Source: an uncultured bacterium
GTDB lineage: Bacteria > Babelota > Babeliae > Babelales > Babelaceae
DNA length: 64,000 bases
Reading direction: 5' to 3'
Assembly: GCA_963717435.1 (NCBI GenBank)
Contig: OY970332.1
Coordinates: 32,001 to 96,000, forward strand
This document shows positions 1 through 9,729 of the stretch, in pieces; the stretch's first letter is position 1; each line of letters begins with the position of its first letter. The notes beneath the pieces are model-generated. The model was not told where the DNA came from and made no database searches. It saw only the letters and a program-made list of their open reading frames with translations. A program made the translations under genes and the position numbers.

Positions 1-65
1 TATACTAAGTATAAAATTGTTTAAAAAAAATTAACAAACAGAATATACAACCATTAAAGCTCTTT

Positions 66-1139
66 ATGAAGACTTATTTTAATAAATTAAGATACATTAT
101 TTTAGTAGCATTATTAATCAATCCCGTCATATTTTCAATGGAAAGCGCTGATAATAGTAATTTAGATCCTGAAATTAAAGAGCAACTAGAACTTCGTAAA
201 AATATTTTAAGTTTGCCAAAAGATATGCAAATGCTGATATTGCAATATTTTTGGTGGAATCTAATAAATTATAAAGATTTTAAGAATGAACAAGAGTTAA
301 TAGACGCTCTTAATGAGTTTAACTGCGCAAGTAAGTTATCTAATACTGTTGTTAAAGATCACCTTAAAAAATCTTTTTATCGAAATTGGCAGTTTACGTT
401 TACGGATTTAAAAGAGAGAATAATCCATCTTAATGTTTGCAAGACTCCTATAAATTCAGAGCTTGATTTTGCCAGACAAGTGTTTGATTTTAGAGCATTT
501 AAACTTTCAAAAATGCGTCTTCTTTCAATAGCTGGTGAACCTTATAAAGAAGCCATTAATGTGCTTTTCATTGAAAAATATGAAGAATATTATGATTCGT
601 TTTCAAATCCTAAAGACGATGACAAAAGAGTTGAAGTTGTTGTAGAATTTTTAAAAATGGGGGCTAATCCAAATTATAAAATCTATTTCTACATTACGGG
701 ATGTGCTCACCGGTTTGAGCGCTCAGTAATGATTAGGGCTATTTTCGGTTGTGATATACCAGTAATTCAACTATTTTTTGAATCCAAGATAGCTGTTGAA
801 TTTAACAATCAAGAAAGTGCCGTAACACCTGCCTTAAGAGAATTTTTTAGAACTGATAAAGAAAAATGGGGCGATTTTTTAATACTTTTATTAAAAAATG
901 GAGCTGCCCCGATTATTGATCATTCGAATGATGTAAATGTTTGGAGAGGGTTCATCCAAAGATTAAATGTAAGCGGTGAGGCTGAAGTAAGCGAATATAC
1001 GTATAATTGCTTATCAGAAGAAAGAAGTTTATATACGCTTAGAAAATATTTAGCTATTGTCTTTAAAGCTAAAAGAATACGAAGTTTATTAAAAGCAAAT
1101 TTAGAATTCCAAACTAATCCAATTACCTCTTTGCATTAG
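66..1139 (+). CDS. Secreted putative effector with F-box-like N-terminal module and degenerate ankyrin repeats
   Basis: Signal-peptide-like start ending FS-MES; LSLPKDMQMLIL motif; ankyrin-like FLKMGANPN and LLLKNGAAP; N-terminal ~75 aa clearly homologous to 5441..6727. Confidence 0.65.
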   Translation: MKTYFNKLRYIILVALLINPVIFSMESADNSNLDPEIKEQLELRKNILSLPKDMQMLILQYFWWNLINYKDFKNEQELIDALNEFNCASKLSNTVVKDHLKKSFYRNWQFTFTDLKERIIHLNVCKTPINSELDFARQVFDFRAFKLSKMRLLSIAGEPYKEAINVLFIEKYEEYYDSFSNPKDDDKRVEVVVEFLKMGANPNYKIYFYITGCAHRFERSVMIRAIFGCDIPVIQLFFESKIAVEFNNQESAVTPALREFFRTDKEKWGDFLILLLKNGAAPIIDHSNDVNVWRGFIQRLNVSGEAEVSEYTYNCLSEERSLYTLRKYLAIVFKAKRIRSLLKANLEFQTNPITSLH

Positions 1140-2211
1140 CAACATGTTCTTTTATTATTACCAATAAATCTTTAAGTGATTTTCTTTTCAATAGAGTCGT
1201 TGGAGTTGGATAGATCGTAAGTCTTCCATTAACAAGAAGACCAAAATATGTCCCTTGTTTATTAAACTTTTTAGCAAAAATATTATTAGCCGGTTCAAAT
1301 TGACATACGCGGCTTTTCTTACTTATTTGACCATCAGGTTTGCATTTAATTATCGATGGGAAAACGATAAGACCCCCGTTTTCGCCATATTCTTTATCAT
1401 CATCTTGGATCAATTTAAACTGATTTTTTTCACTAAGTTTATATTTGCTCGTGCCTGTATTAAATGGATGGAAGGCTCGATCTTCCGGCAAATATTCATC
1501 CAAATCCATAGACGTATATTGTTCTCGCGAAACGCTTTTTAAAATTTTACCAGTTTTTAAACTTAATAATAATATTGTGTCATAACTGCCCTGCAACAAA
1601 ATTTTTGTTCCTTTTTTATTAAATTTTACGTGGGGCCAAAAAGTTGGGCAAATATCTGTAACATCGAAGCGTTTAATTTCCTCTCCTGTTTTTGCATCAC
1701 ATATGATTATAAATTTATTTTTTATTATACGCTCTTCTAAAACATAGATAATATGTTTCCCATCTGGGCTAAATTCCGCTGCATGTTGAACCTCTTGCCA
1801 CTCATTTATGGGCTTAATTGTAAATACTATGTTACCAGTCTTTTTTTCTATCATATACCCTCTAAAAGGGTTATATTCTTGTACAAAAAGATATTTGCCA
1901 CATGGGCTAAATGTGAAATCATGAGCATAAATGTTTTTGTACTTGAATTTAGAAGTTGTAAATTCTGGACCGGGCTCTTCATAGGGTATTTCGTAAGCCA
2001 CGCCATTTTGTTTACATTTTGCCCAGACTTGAGGGTTGTTCCAATATTTTTCCAATACACCAGATAGTTTGCACAGATTTAGAGCTTCTTTTTTAGTTTC
2101 ATTATATTCTTCTAATTTGTCCAAGCAATCGACGCAGTTCACTCCCCAACCCATGCAGTTACTGATATTAGTATTTATCAGCGCGAAGAATAACAAAATT
2201 AACTTTATCAT
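1123..2211 (-). CDS. Secreted WD40-like beta-propeller protein
   Basis: Signal peptide; repeated propeller-blade motifs FSPCGKYL, FSPDGKHI, FNKKGTKI, FNKQGTYF, DAKTGEEI. Confidence 0.7.
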   Translation of the reverse strand: MIKLILLFFALINTNISNCMGWGVNCVDCLDKLEEYNETKKEALNLCKLSGVLEKYWNNPQVWAKCKQNGVAYEIPYEEPGPEFTTSKFKYKNIYAHDFTFSPCGKYLFVQEYNPFRGYMIEKKTGNIVFTIKPINEWQEVQHAAEFSPDGKHIIYVLEERIIKNKFIIICDAKTGEEIKRFDVTDICPTFWPHVKFNKKGTKILLQGSYDTILLLSLKTGKILKSVSREQYTSMDLDEYLPEDRAFHPFNTGTSKYKLSEKNQFKLIQDDDKEYGENGGLIVFPSIIKCKPDGQISKKSRVCQFEPANNIFAKKFNKQGTYFGLLVNGRLTIYPTPTTLLKRKSLKDLLVIIKEHVANAKR

Positions 2212-2261
2212 CGAAAATCTCCTTAATTAAACTTTTTCAACCCATATTTACTTTGGTGTGC

Positions 2262-3044
2262 TTATATCTTCTTAGCAACCGTAAGTATTCTATCAGTTTT
2301 GCCTTCAACAAATTTTGACCCATCAATGCCTAATTGTTCAAGCACTTCAAAACCATTTCTTTCTAACATATCTTTAAGCTGCGGCGCCGAATAAACTTGT
2401 AAAGTTTGGAAACTTTGGGATATTTTGGGTTTCTCAGAATCTTTTTGTTCATGTGAAATTGTATAAGATGCCAAAATTCCATCTGCGCTTATCGTGCTAT
2501 ATTGAATATCTCGAATTTTGATATCCCCAGTAATCTTTTGCCAGTCGATAGTCAGCGTGGTTATATTATTGTCTTTTAATAGATAATCTAAATTGTTTAT
2601 GTCGAAAATATAAATGCCACCAGGTTTTAGGTTGCTATTTATATTTCGCATGGCTTTTTCAAAATCCAATTTAGTAAGATGGCCTACTGAATTAAATATT
2701 GTGATAACTGCATCAAATTTACCCACGTAAAAATTTCGCACGTCACCTTCAAGAAATTTTATATCTAACTTTTCTTGTTTAGCTTTATTTTTTGCAACTT
2801 TGAGCATTAGGGTGCTTATATCTGCCCCAGTTATATCGTAGCCAGCTTTTGCAAGCCAGAATACTTGCGACCCTGTGCCGCATGTAAGATCAAGAACAGT
2901 TTTGACTTTGTGATCTTTTAGTATCTTTTCTATTGTGCTGTTTATTACTTTAGAATTTTCTTCATTAAATTCGTCGTAATTTCTAGCATCTTTATTATAA
3001 TGCGATGCTTTTGCGCTAGAGTGAGATAAATTTTCTTTGTTCAT
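2262..3044 (-). CDS. Class I SAM-dependent methyltransferase
   Basis: Motif I VLDLTCGTG, GADIS, FDAVI, LKPGGIYIFD. Confidence 0.9.
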   Translation of the reverse strand: MNKENLSHSSAKASHYNKDARNYDEFNEENSKVINSTIEKILKDHKVKTVLDLTCGTGSQVFWLAKAGYDITGADISTLMLKVAKNKAKQEKLDIKFLEGDVRNFYVGKFDAVITIFNSVGHLTKLDFEKAMRNINSNLKPGGIYIFDINNLDYLLKDNNITTLTIDWQKITGDIKIRDIQYSTISADGILASYTISHEQKDSEKPKISQSFQTLQVYSAPQLKDMLERNGFEVLEQLGIDGSKFVEGKTDRILTVAKKI

Positions 3045-3056
3045 AATTATACGTTT

Positions 3057-4577
3057 TTACTTTTTCTTTAAACTAAAAAAATTTTTTATTTTTTCAAGCT
3101 TAGTTTTAGGCTTTCTAAAAGATTCCATAAATTTTTCATCGGGCTGCCAAAATTCTACAATCTGTTGTGCGATTTCTTCTGGAAATGGTGGGTCCGCACG
3201 AAGCAACATTCTAAGTATAAAACTTTTTAATAAATAAAGCTGTATCGCCTTTTTTACTTCAGGACGAAATAGTTCGTCTTTTGCGACCCAGCTTTTTAAT
3301 AACAGATTGGTCTTGGGGGAAGATAATAATAATTTAAGCAGATCTTGGTATTCTTCTTTGGGGCCGTCAGGTTCATGGGACAACACAAAAAGATATCTGA
3401 AGAAATCTCTTAAGAAAAAAAGTTTTTGGGGACCAGATTCAAATTTATCAAAATTTTGGATTAAATATTTTGCAATAACATTAACGTTATTCAGCTGAAT
3501 CTGATTATTTAGACTATAAGCGTTGTCTTGCATCTCATCCATCAGACAATAAAACACAAGATTGCCAAAATATGCGTTTGCCGACCAAATATTAAATAAG
3601 TTACTAATTCTTTGTCCATCCTGAGAATTCCAGAAAATCAAAAGGGAATATAGTGTGGCCAAAGTATCTAAATCTAGATACTTTTTTTTGTATTTATTTT
3701 CTTTGTCAGATATTACTTTAATAAAGTTTTTACCCAATAAAATTTTCAATTTTAGATCTGGATTTCGAAAACTACCAATTGGAAACTCTCTGAAATTTTC
3801 AATCAATTTGGTATCTATTTCTTGATTATCTTCTATTTCGTAATTGGGAATTATGACATTATCTTGGGCCTGTTCGATATTTTCTTCATGCCATTTTATA
3901 TTTTCTTTAAGGGTTACTACATCCTGCACGCTATACGACTTGCCACCTGTATTTTTTTTATCAAGTTCTACTGCAATATCCAGAGCCAATGCATTTTCAG
4001 CATAGTTTGCCGGTATCCAACCATAAGTTGATCTTCCCGCAAATAACTTATTTTCTATAATAATTTTGGGGTTTTTTATTACTACACCTTCGGGGTTATC
4101 AAATAAGACATCGAAGCTACATTTTTGCCCATTATTTTCTAAATAAAAAATTACGGAATTATCTCCATAATCACGCGCCAATGGATCAGCCCCATTGGCC
4201 AATGCTTGTTGTACAATTTCCAAAGAAGCAATTTCGCAAGCATGCAACAATATATAATCCCAACTTTTTTGTTTCAATTTAGGATCATTAAAGCCAGACA
4301 AAGATTTCAATGTTTTATCGCCAAGTATCGGGCATAAATACATGAACCCTTTAATTTGTTTTTTGCGAAAATAATAAGAAAGCTGGCCTCCTGATTCTTT
4401 TTCTATTAAAAGCAAGCGAACTAGCACACCTCGGGTACTATATCTAACGATCCGGCAACCTGATAATATTTGAAACGTTTTATCAACTGTTTTTGATTCG
4501 GGTTCTTCTATAATTGCACAAAAGCTACTAAAGCAGCTTAAAGCTATAAATAGTAATTTGATAAAATTTTTCAACAT
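3057..4577 (-). CDS. Secreted hypothetical protein with one ankyrin-like repeat and possible C-terminal F-box-like motif
   Basis: Signal peptide; LLHACEIASLEIVQQALANGADP; C-terminal PFPEEIAQQIVEFW. Confidence 0.55.
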   Translation of the reverse strand: MLKNFIKLLFIALSCFSSFCAIIEEPESKTVDKTFQILSGCRIVRYSTRGVLVRLLLIEKESGGQLSYYFRKKQIKGFMYLCPILGDKTLKSLSGFNDPKLKQKSWDYILLHACEIASLEIVQQALANGADPLARDYGDNSVIFYLENNGQKCSFDVLFDNPEGVVIKNPKIIIENKLFAGRSTYGWIPANYAENALALDIAVELDKKNTGGKSYSVQDVVTLKENIKWHEENIEQAQDNVIIPNYEIEDNQEIDTKLIENFREFPIGSFRNPDLKLKILLGKNFIKVISDKENKYKKKYLDLDTLATLYSLLIFWNSQDGQRISNLFNIWSANAYFGNLVFYCLMDEMQDNAYSLNNQIQLNNVNVIAKYLIQNFDKFESGPQKLFFLRDFFRYLFVLSHEPDGPKEEYQDLLKLLLSSPKTNLLLKSWVAKDELFRPEVKKAIQLYLLKSFILRMLLRADPPFPEEIAQQIVEFWQPDEKFMESFRKPKTKLEKIKNFFSLKKK

Positions 4578-4678
4578 AAAATTGGGCTTTCAAATACTTT
4601 TATTATCTTTGTAATTTTGGCCACCATATTGTAAATTATAATAAATCGCCGGGTCAATTATTTGGGAAATTTAAGAAG

Positions 4679-4717
4679 AAAAAAGAGGGATAAGAAATAT
4701 TTCTCATCCCTCTTTTT
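4679..4717 (-). terminator. Rho-independent terminator (potentially bidirectional)
   Basis: AAAAAGAGGGAT...ATCCCTCTTTTT inverted repeat just downstream of 4737..5360. Confidence 0.8.
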
Positions 4718-4736
4718 ATAAAATTATTTAATTAAA

Positions 4737-5360
4737 TTACTTAGTTTTTTCTAAAATCAAATAATTCAAGATATTGACATAAACTCTATGCTTAAATTTT
4801 GCAAAGAATCTGTCATATGCAGCAAGTTTTGATGCCAACCCCAATCCTAGCAAACCGGCACCGACTATTGCCATTTTTTCTGCACTTTTGTCATTTAGAT
4901 TAGAGCTAATTTTTTCGGGTAAAAGCTTATGACCAATAGCCGAAGTTAAAATTCCAGCAAATCCCAGATAATTACCAAGTTTGTTGGCTTTTTGATCTAT
5001 AGCATTAGGTTCTTTTAAAATTTTTTCGATATTCTTATTAACCTGAGGAATAAGATATTTTTCTATAAAAGCAGCTTTATTTTTCTGACCAAATTTATCC
5101 TGAAACTCTTTTAAAGTTGACTTTAATACCTTAAAATCACAATTATCTATAGAATTTAATGCTTGATGCTTTAAATCTACATATTTTTGTCGTTCTTCAA
5201 GCTGTTTAAGACTCCTAAATGCCCAAAGGTATAACATCTCTTTATCTGAATCTGTATATTCTGGCTTAGCCTCACCTGGAAGCGATAGAGCCGCACAGGT
5301 TAGATTCATGGTAAATATTAATGATAAAATTACTGTTTTTTTCATAAAAAATGTCTCCAT
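4737..5360 (-). CDS. Hypothetical exported/membrane protein
   Basis: 207 aa ORF with signal peptide and two Gly/Ala-rich hydrophobic segments near the C terminus. Confidence 0.7.
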   Translation of the reverse strand: METFFMKKTVILSLIFTMNLTCAALSLPGEAKPEYTDSDKEMLYLWAFRSLKQLEERQKYVDLKHQALNSIDNCDFKVLKSTLKEFQDKFGQKNKAAFIEKYLIPQVNKNIEKILKEPNAIDQKANKLGNYLGFAGILTSAIGHKLLPEKISSNLNDKSAEKMAIVGAGLLGLGLASKLAAYDRFFAKFKHRVYVNILNYLILEKTK

Positions 5361-5385
5361 TTTGAAGCTGTTTTACTATAATTTA

Positions 5386-5413
5386 AGTGTATCAAATGGG
5401 ACAGGTTCTTCAA
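5386..5413 (-). promoter_or_regulatory. Putative sigma70 promoter for 4737..5360
   Basis: Minus strand TTGAAG-16 nt-TACACT with a TG extended -10. Confidence 0.4.
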
Positions 5414-5440
5414 CAGCCCTATATTGACTGACAATTCAAT

Positions 5441-6727
5441 TTAACCTTTATACTTCTTCAAAAGCTCTATTATCTCTTTTAAACTCTTAACATTAGAATC
5501 ATTTGAAAGTGTATTACTTCGACCTAATTGCCAATTAGTTTTATCAACCATAGACATATTATTCCAAAGTTCACTTTCACGTTCTTTTAAAAATTTATTT
5601 GCATAATCCAACGCAGATTCGCCATTCCGGTCTTTAAGCTTTGTGTCAGCTCCATTTTTTAACAAGATTTTTAAAATATCTACGGTTGCAGGCATGAAAT
5701 TTGTCAATTTGTGCATCGACATAATTGTATAATGTAATGGCGTGCGACCATTTTGATCCTGAATGTTAGGATCGGCTTTAATTTTGGCATCCTCAAAAAA
5801 ATATTTAATGAGTTCAATGTAATTATTAAGCGAAATGAAACTTAATAGGGGCAGTCCAGATTGCAGTACAAAATTTGGATCGGTTCCATATTTGAGTAAA
5901 AGCTTAACGCGCTTAATATAATCTTGGGCAGCTTCATAAGCCTTTTTTTCACGTGAATTATGATCTATACCTGAGTTTTTATAGTCATAAATAGCATGAA
6001 GACAAATTGTGTGAAATATTAATTTTTGAGAATCATAATTACTTATGACCGAAGCTAAAAACTTTGTGTTTCCATATCCCGCTCGATAGTCTATTATGTT
6101 TGGATTTAACCCAGCCTTAAGAAGCATTTCTAAGTCATCATTATCAATTACTGAAATATTTTTTAATATAAAACTTTTAACTAAATTATTTTGTTCTTGA
6201 AGAAGATATTTTAGCCAATTAAATGCTCCAAATCTTTTTACAAAAGATAAAATTTTAAGCGCGATGTCGATTCGATACGCTTCTACAGATTCAACTGCGG
6301 ATATATCTTCGGTATATACTTCAGATATCAAGTTATCAATTAAATCCCATTTTAACCTTGTAAACTGCTTCGCAAATGTTTTGGTTGAATTTCCAGGGAC
6401 AATCAACTTCTTATATTCAGGATCAATTTTTTCTTTGTTTTTAAGATAATCTTTAACTGCTTCATTTGTAGCTTTGTTCGCAGCATTAAAAGTATTTAAA
6501 GTATCAATTAAATCTTGCTCAGATTTAAAATCAGTACGCTTAATTAATTTATCAAAATAAAGTTTAGCAACTTCTTTGCTCATATCTTTAGGCAATTTTT
6601 TAATATTCAAAGCTAAGTTTTGTTGCTCAGAGTCTAACGGATTAATGTCACTCTCCATTGCGCCGATATTGGCACAAATTACGGCGCTCAAGGCCAGAAT
6701 CCTAAAAAACTTCATAAAAACCTCCAA
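5441..6727 (-). CDS. Secreted ankyrin-repeat protein with F-box-like N-terminal module
   Basis: Signal peptide ending GA-MES; KLPKDMSKEV; canonical ankyrin repeats DPNIQDQNGRTPLHY and LLKNGADTKLKDRNGESALDYA. Confidence 0.85.
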   Translation of the reverse strand: MEVFMKFFRILALSAVICANIGAMESDINPLDSEQQNLALNIKKLPKDMSKEVAKLYFDKLIKRTDFKSEQDLIDTLNTFNAANKATNEAVKDYLKNKEKIDPEYKKLIVPGNSTKTFAKQFTRLKWDLIDNLISEVYTEDISAVESVEAYRIDIALKILSFVKRFGAFNWLKYLLQEQNNLVKSFILKNISVIDNDDLEMLLKAGLNPNIIDYRAGYGNTKFLASVISNYDSQKLIFHTICLHAIYDYKNSGIDHNSREKKAYEAAQDYIKRVKLLLKYGTDPNFVLQSGLPLLSFISLNNYIELIKYFFEDAKIKADPNIQDQNGRTPLHYTIMSMHKLTNFMPATVDILKILLKNGADTKLKDRNGESALDYANKFLKERESELWNNMSMVDKTNWQLGRSNTLSNDSNVKSLKEIIELLKKYKG

Positions 6728-6830
6728 TATTCTATTAAATCTGTAAAGACTCGTAAATTTCCATTTTTAGCATATATTATTATAATATCAGACTTAATCT
6801 CCAAATAGCAATATCAACCCCCTGGGGCTT

Positions 6831-6858
6831 TTGACATAGAATTACCCTGATTTATACT
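6831..6858 (+). promoter_or_regulatory. Putative sigma70 promoter for the 6925-10497 gene cluster
   Basis: TTGACA-16 nt-TATACT. Confidence 0.55.
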
Positions 6859-6924
6859 ATTACTATAAAGGGTTATTATATCTTAACTTATATTTTGAAC
6901 CTGTTTTAACCTGTAATTTAATAA

Positions 6925-7833
6925 ATGGAGAAAATGATGAAAAACAAGCTAATTTTGGCTATTTTGGCCTTAAATTCACTTAATACCCCCGTTTTTGCTT
7001 TAAAGCACTATAATAATGCTCCAACTTGGGCAAATAGGGCTTATACGGCATTTATGGGGTCATTTAAATCAAATAATAGATCAAAAATAGATGGCTTTAT
7101 GAGTAGCAAAGAATATAAAGAGCTAAAAAACAGCTTAGAAAACTCGCTTAAAGCCAATAGTAACTATAGTGAGAATAGACTTTTGAATGGTAACATTAAG
7201 ATTGATCTTCCAGTATTAGCTTTTGCAAAGTCTTTAAAAGCTAAACTTTCTCAAAGAACTACTATGGTTAAAGACCTGAAATCTACTGATAAATTACTAA
7301 TTGATCAGGTTGAAATGGCTACCGTTAATAATTCCGGCTATTTTGAGGTACTTAAAGTTTATAATTTACACCAAGTTTTTTTATATACTCTTGATAACTT
7401 GACTAAAGAACAGTTGGAAATAATTGAGATGGCAAACAAACTAGGTGATATATTAAATAATATGATGTTTATAGAATGTGCGTTTAGAGCAAAAACTAAC
7501 GATCTATTAGCAAAAAATCCAAATTCATTTGAACCATTTGAAACTGAATATAATAAAATTAAATTTTCTGTATTAATGCAAAAATTGAGAGACGAAGAAC
7601 GAGCTGCATCAAAATTTGCCAATACTAACAGTAATGCAAGTTGGGTAGAATGTGAAAAAATGGTGCCAAATTTCAGGCTTTTTGTACAAGCATTAGAAAT
7701 TAAATTAACTTATGAAGAAGAAGTTATAAGAAAATTTAATCTTGGAGCATCTAATGGCTTAGGGTACTATAAATACGCTATGAGCTTTTTTAGTATGCCC
7801 CATGTTCTTAAAAGGCTAGGCTTTGACAACTAA
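6925..7833 (+). CDS. Secreted hypothetical protein (paralog of 8837..9727)
   Basis: Signal peptide; full-length similarity to 8837..9727 (EYKELK, LKAKLS, GYFE.LK.YNLH, LMQKLRDEE, YEEE). Confidence 0.8.
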   Translation: MEKMMKNKLILAILALNSLNTPVFALKHYNNAPTWANRAYTAFMGSFKSNNRSKIDGFMSSKEYKELKNSLENSLKANSNYSENRLLNGNIKIDLPVLAFAKSLKAKLSQRTTMVKDLKSTDKLLIDQVEMATVNNSGYFEVLKVYNLHQVFLYTLDNLTKEQLEIIEMANKLGDILNNMMFIECAFRAKTNDLLAKNPNSFEPFETEYNKIKFSVLMQKLRDEERAASKFANTNSNASWVECEKMVPNFRLFVQALEIKLTYEEEVIRKFNLGASNGLGYYKYAMSFFSMPHVLKRLGFDN

Positions 7834-7843
7834 GAGGTAATTT

Positions 7844-8448
7844 ATGATGAAAAAAATAATACTGTTTTTAGTCACTTTAATTCCTGTAGTTAATAGCTTT
7901 GCTTTGGATGAAGCTGAAGCTAAATTTGTGCAAAATCAACAAGTTAATAAGCCGAAATCTGAAATTAAGCAAGAAAAACAATCAGAAATAAACACAGAAA
8001 ACAAGCCCGGCTCTTTGGGTTCTTACTTTAAGGAAAAATTACACCAGATTCGTAATAATCCTAAAATAGTTCCGGTACAATTGCAGCAGCAATTATTATT
8101 GTTATAGGAACTCTTTATACTATCAATAAGTTTAAGAAAGAACCTGAAAAGAACAAATTACGTCATAGTAAAAATCTTTTAGATTTCATAAGAAATTACT
8201 ATGAAGATACTTTTATGAAAACAGATGATCAGTTTCTTGATTATTGGGTAACAAAAAATAAACACAAGTTGGATGCTTTCGCGATTACGGAATATAAAAT
8301 TTTAGCTACGAAGTTGAAAGCAAATAAAGCTAAAGAGGATTTTCAAATAATGTGCGCGCAAATGAGTGGGGACTATACAATGAAGATTGAGCAAGTCAGA
8401 GCGCGTATGGCGGCACAAAATAATATTAACCAACAGGGACATATATGA
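7844..8448 (+). CDS. Secreted/membrane hypothetical protein, frameshifted near 8070
   Basis: Adding one base near 8070 joins 7844..8107 to an open frame GTIAAAIIIVIGTLYTINKFKKE... that runs into 8215..8448. Confidence 0.65.
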
Positions 8449-8792
8449 AATTGAATTTTAAATTATTATCACTACTTTTTGTATTTGCAGCACTAAATAT
8501 TGATGCTCAAGAAACAAAAAACAATGTTTCAAAATACAAATATAGCCCTAAAAAAATTGAAGCATCATCTAAAGAAAATAATCAAGATGATGCGATATTC
8601 AGTAAAGAAAAATTATTAAATTGGATGAAAAACCACAAAAAGACAACTGCTTTAATAGTTGCCTCGCCGGTTATAATCTACGGTCTAAACAAGCTTAAAA
8701 AAGAGATTATTAGAGAAGCAAACGCAGCAGTACCTTTGATATATTTTTTAGCAATAATAGAATGGATTAATAACGGTTATAGATTTAAATAA
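8445..8792 (+). CDS. Small secreted/membrane hypothetical protein
   Basis: Signal peptide; segment NHKKTTALIVASPVIIYGLNKLKKE resembles the repaired neighbouring gene. Confidence 0.7.
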   Translation: MKLNFKLLSLLFVFAALNIDAQETKNNVSKYKYSPKKIEASSKENNQDDAIFSKEKLLNWMKNHKKTTALIVASPVIIYGLNKLKKEIIREANAAVPLIYFLAIIEWINNGYRFK

Positions 8793-8836
8793 AATTTAAA
8801 TTAAAATTAGAAAACATTTAACAAAAGAAATAAATT

Positions 8837-9727
8837 ATGAAAAATAACCTATTTTTAGCCATATCAATGGCCTTAAATCTAACTATATTGCCTGTATTTG
8901 CTCTTGATAATAATAAGCTGCCTGAAATTGCAGATAAAGCTTATTGGGCCTATATCCAGTTTTGTAAGGTGTCCAGTAACAGAGCTATAGATCCCTTCAA
9001 GAATTCTAGCGAATATAAAGAACTTAAGGGGATGCTTGAGGATTCTCTTAAGGCTAATAATAATTATAAGATTAACAGACTATTAAACAGCGATATTAAA
9101 ATGCCAGAGCAGTTGTTAACATTTGGCAAGCTATTAAAGGCTAAGCTTTCTGATAAAACCCAAATGCTTAAAGATTGTGAGTCTACTAATCCATGGACAA
9201 CTAGCACGATTAACAGGGCGTCATTTAATAATTATGGATATTTTGAGGCACTTAAGGCTTACAATTTACACGCACTCTTCTTTTATACTTTAGGTGATTT
9301 AACACAAGAACAAAAAGATGTTATTGAGATGGCATATAAATTGGGAGATCTTTTCACTGTGTTACTAATTGAAGGATGTCAATATCTGAGTGGTGTTGAA
9401 TTAAACACTAAATTAATAACAGAAGAAGAGTGTAGAAAACAGCATGAAGAGATCAAAAACTCGCCATTAATGCAAAAATTAAGAGATGAAGAATTAGCAG
9501 GAATAAAATTAAATTCTAGTTGGTTCAAGGCTGAATCAGTTGCGCCTAATTTAAGACTGTTTATTCAGGCATTTGATATTGCAATAACTTATGAAGAAGA
9601 GATATTCAGAAAATATAATCTTAACGGACCTGTTGCCAGGGTTTATAGCTGGCAAATAAAAAAAGAATTCCATTTTGCTAATGTTGTGCTTCAAAGATTA
9701 GGCTATCTTACAAATTTGATGTTATAG
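8837..9727 (+). CDS. Secreted hypothetical protein (paralog of 6925..7833)
   Basis: Signal peptide ending PVFAL; collinear similarity to 6925..7833. Confidence 0.8.
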   Translation: MKNNLFLAISMALNLTILPVFALDNNKLPEIADKAYWAYIQFCKVSSNRAIDPFKNSSEYKELKGMLEDSLKANNNYKINRLLNSDIKMPEQLLTFGKLLKAKLSDKTQMLKDCESTNPWTTSTINRASFNNYGYFEALKAYNLHALFFYTLGDLTQEQKDVIEMAYKLGDLFTVLLIEGCQYLSGVELNTKLITEEECRKQHEEIKNSPLMQKLRDEELAGIKLNSSWFKAESVAPNLRLFIQAFDIAITYEEEIFRKYNLNGPVARVYSWQIKKEFHFANVVLQRLGYLTNLML

Positions 9728-9729
9728 CT

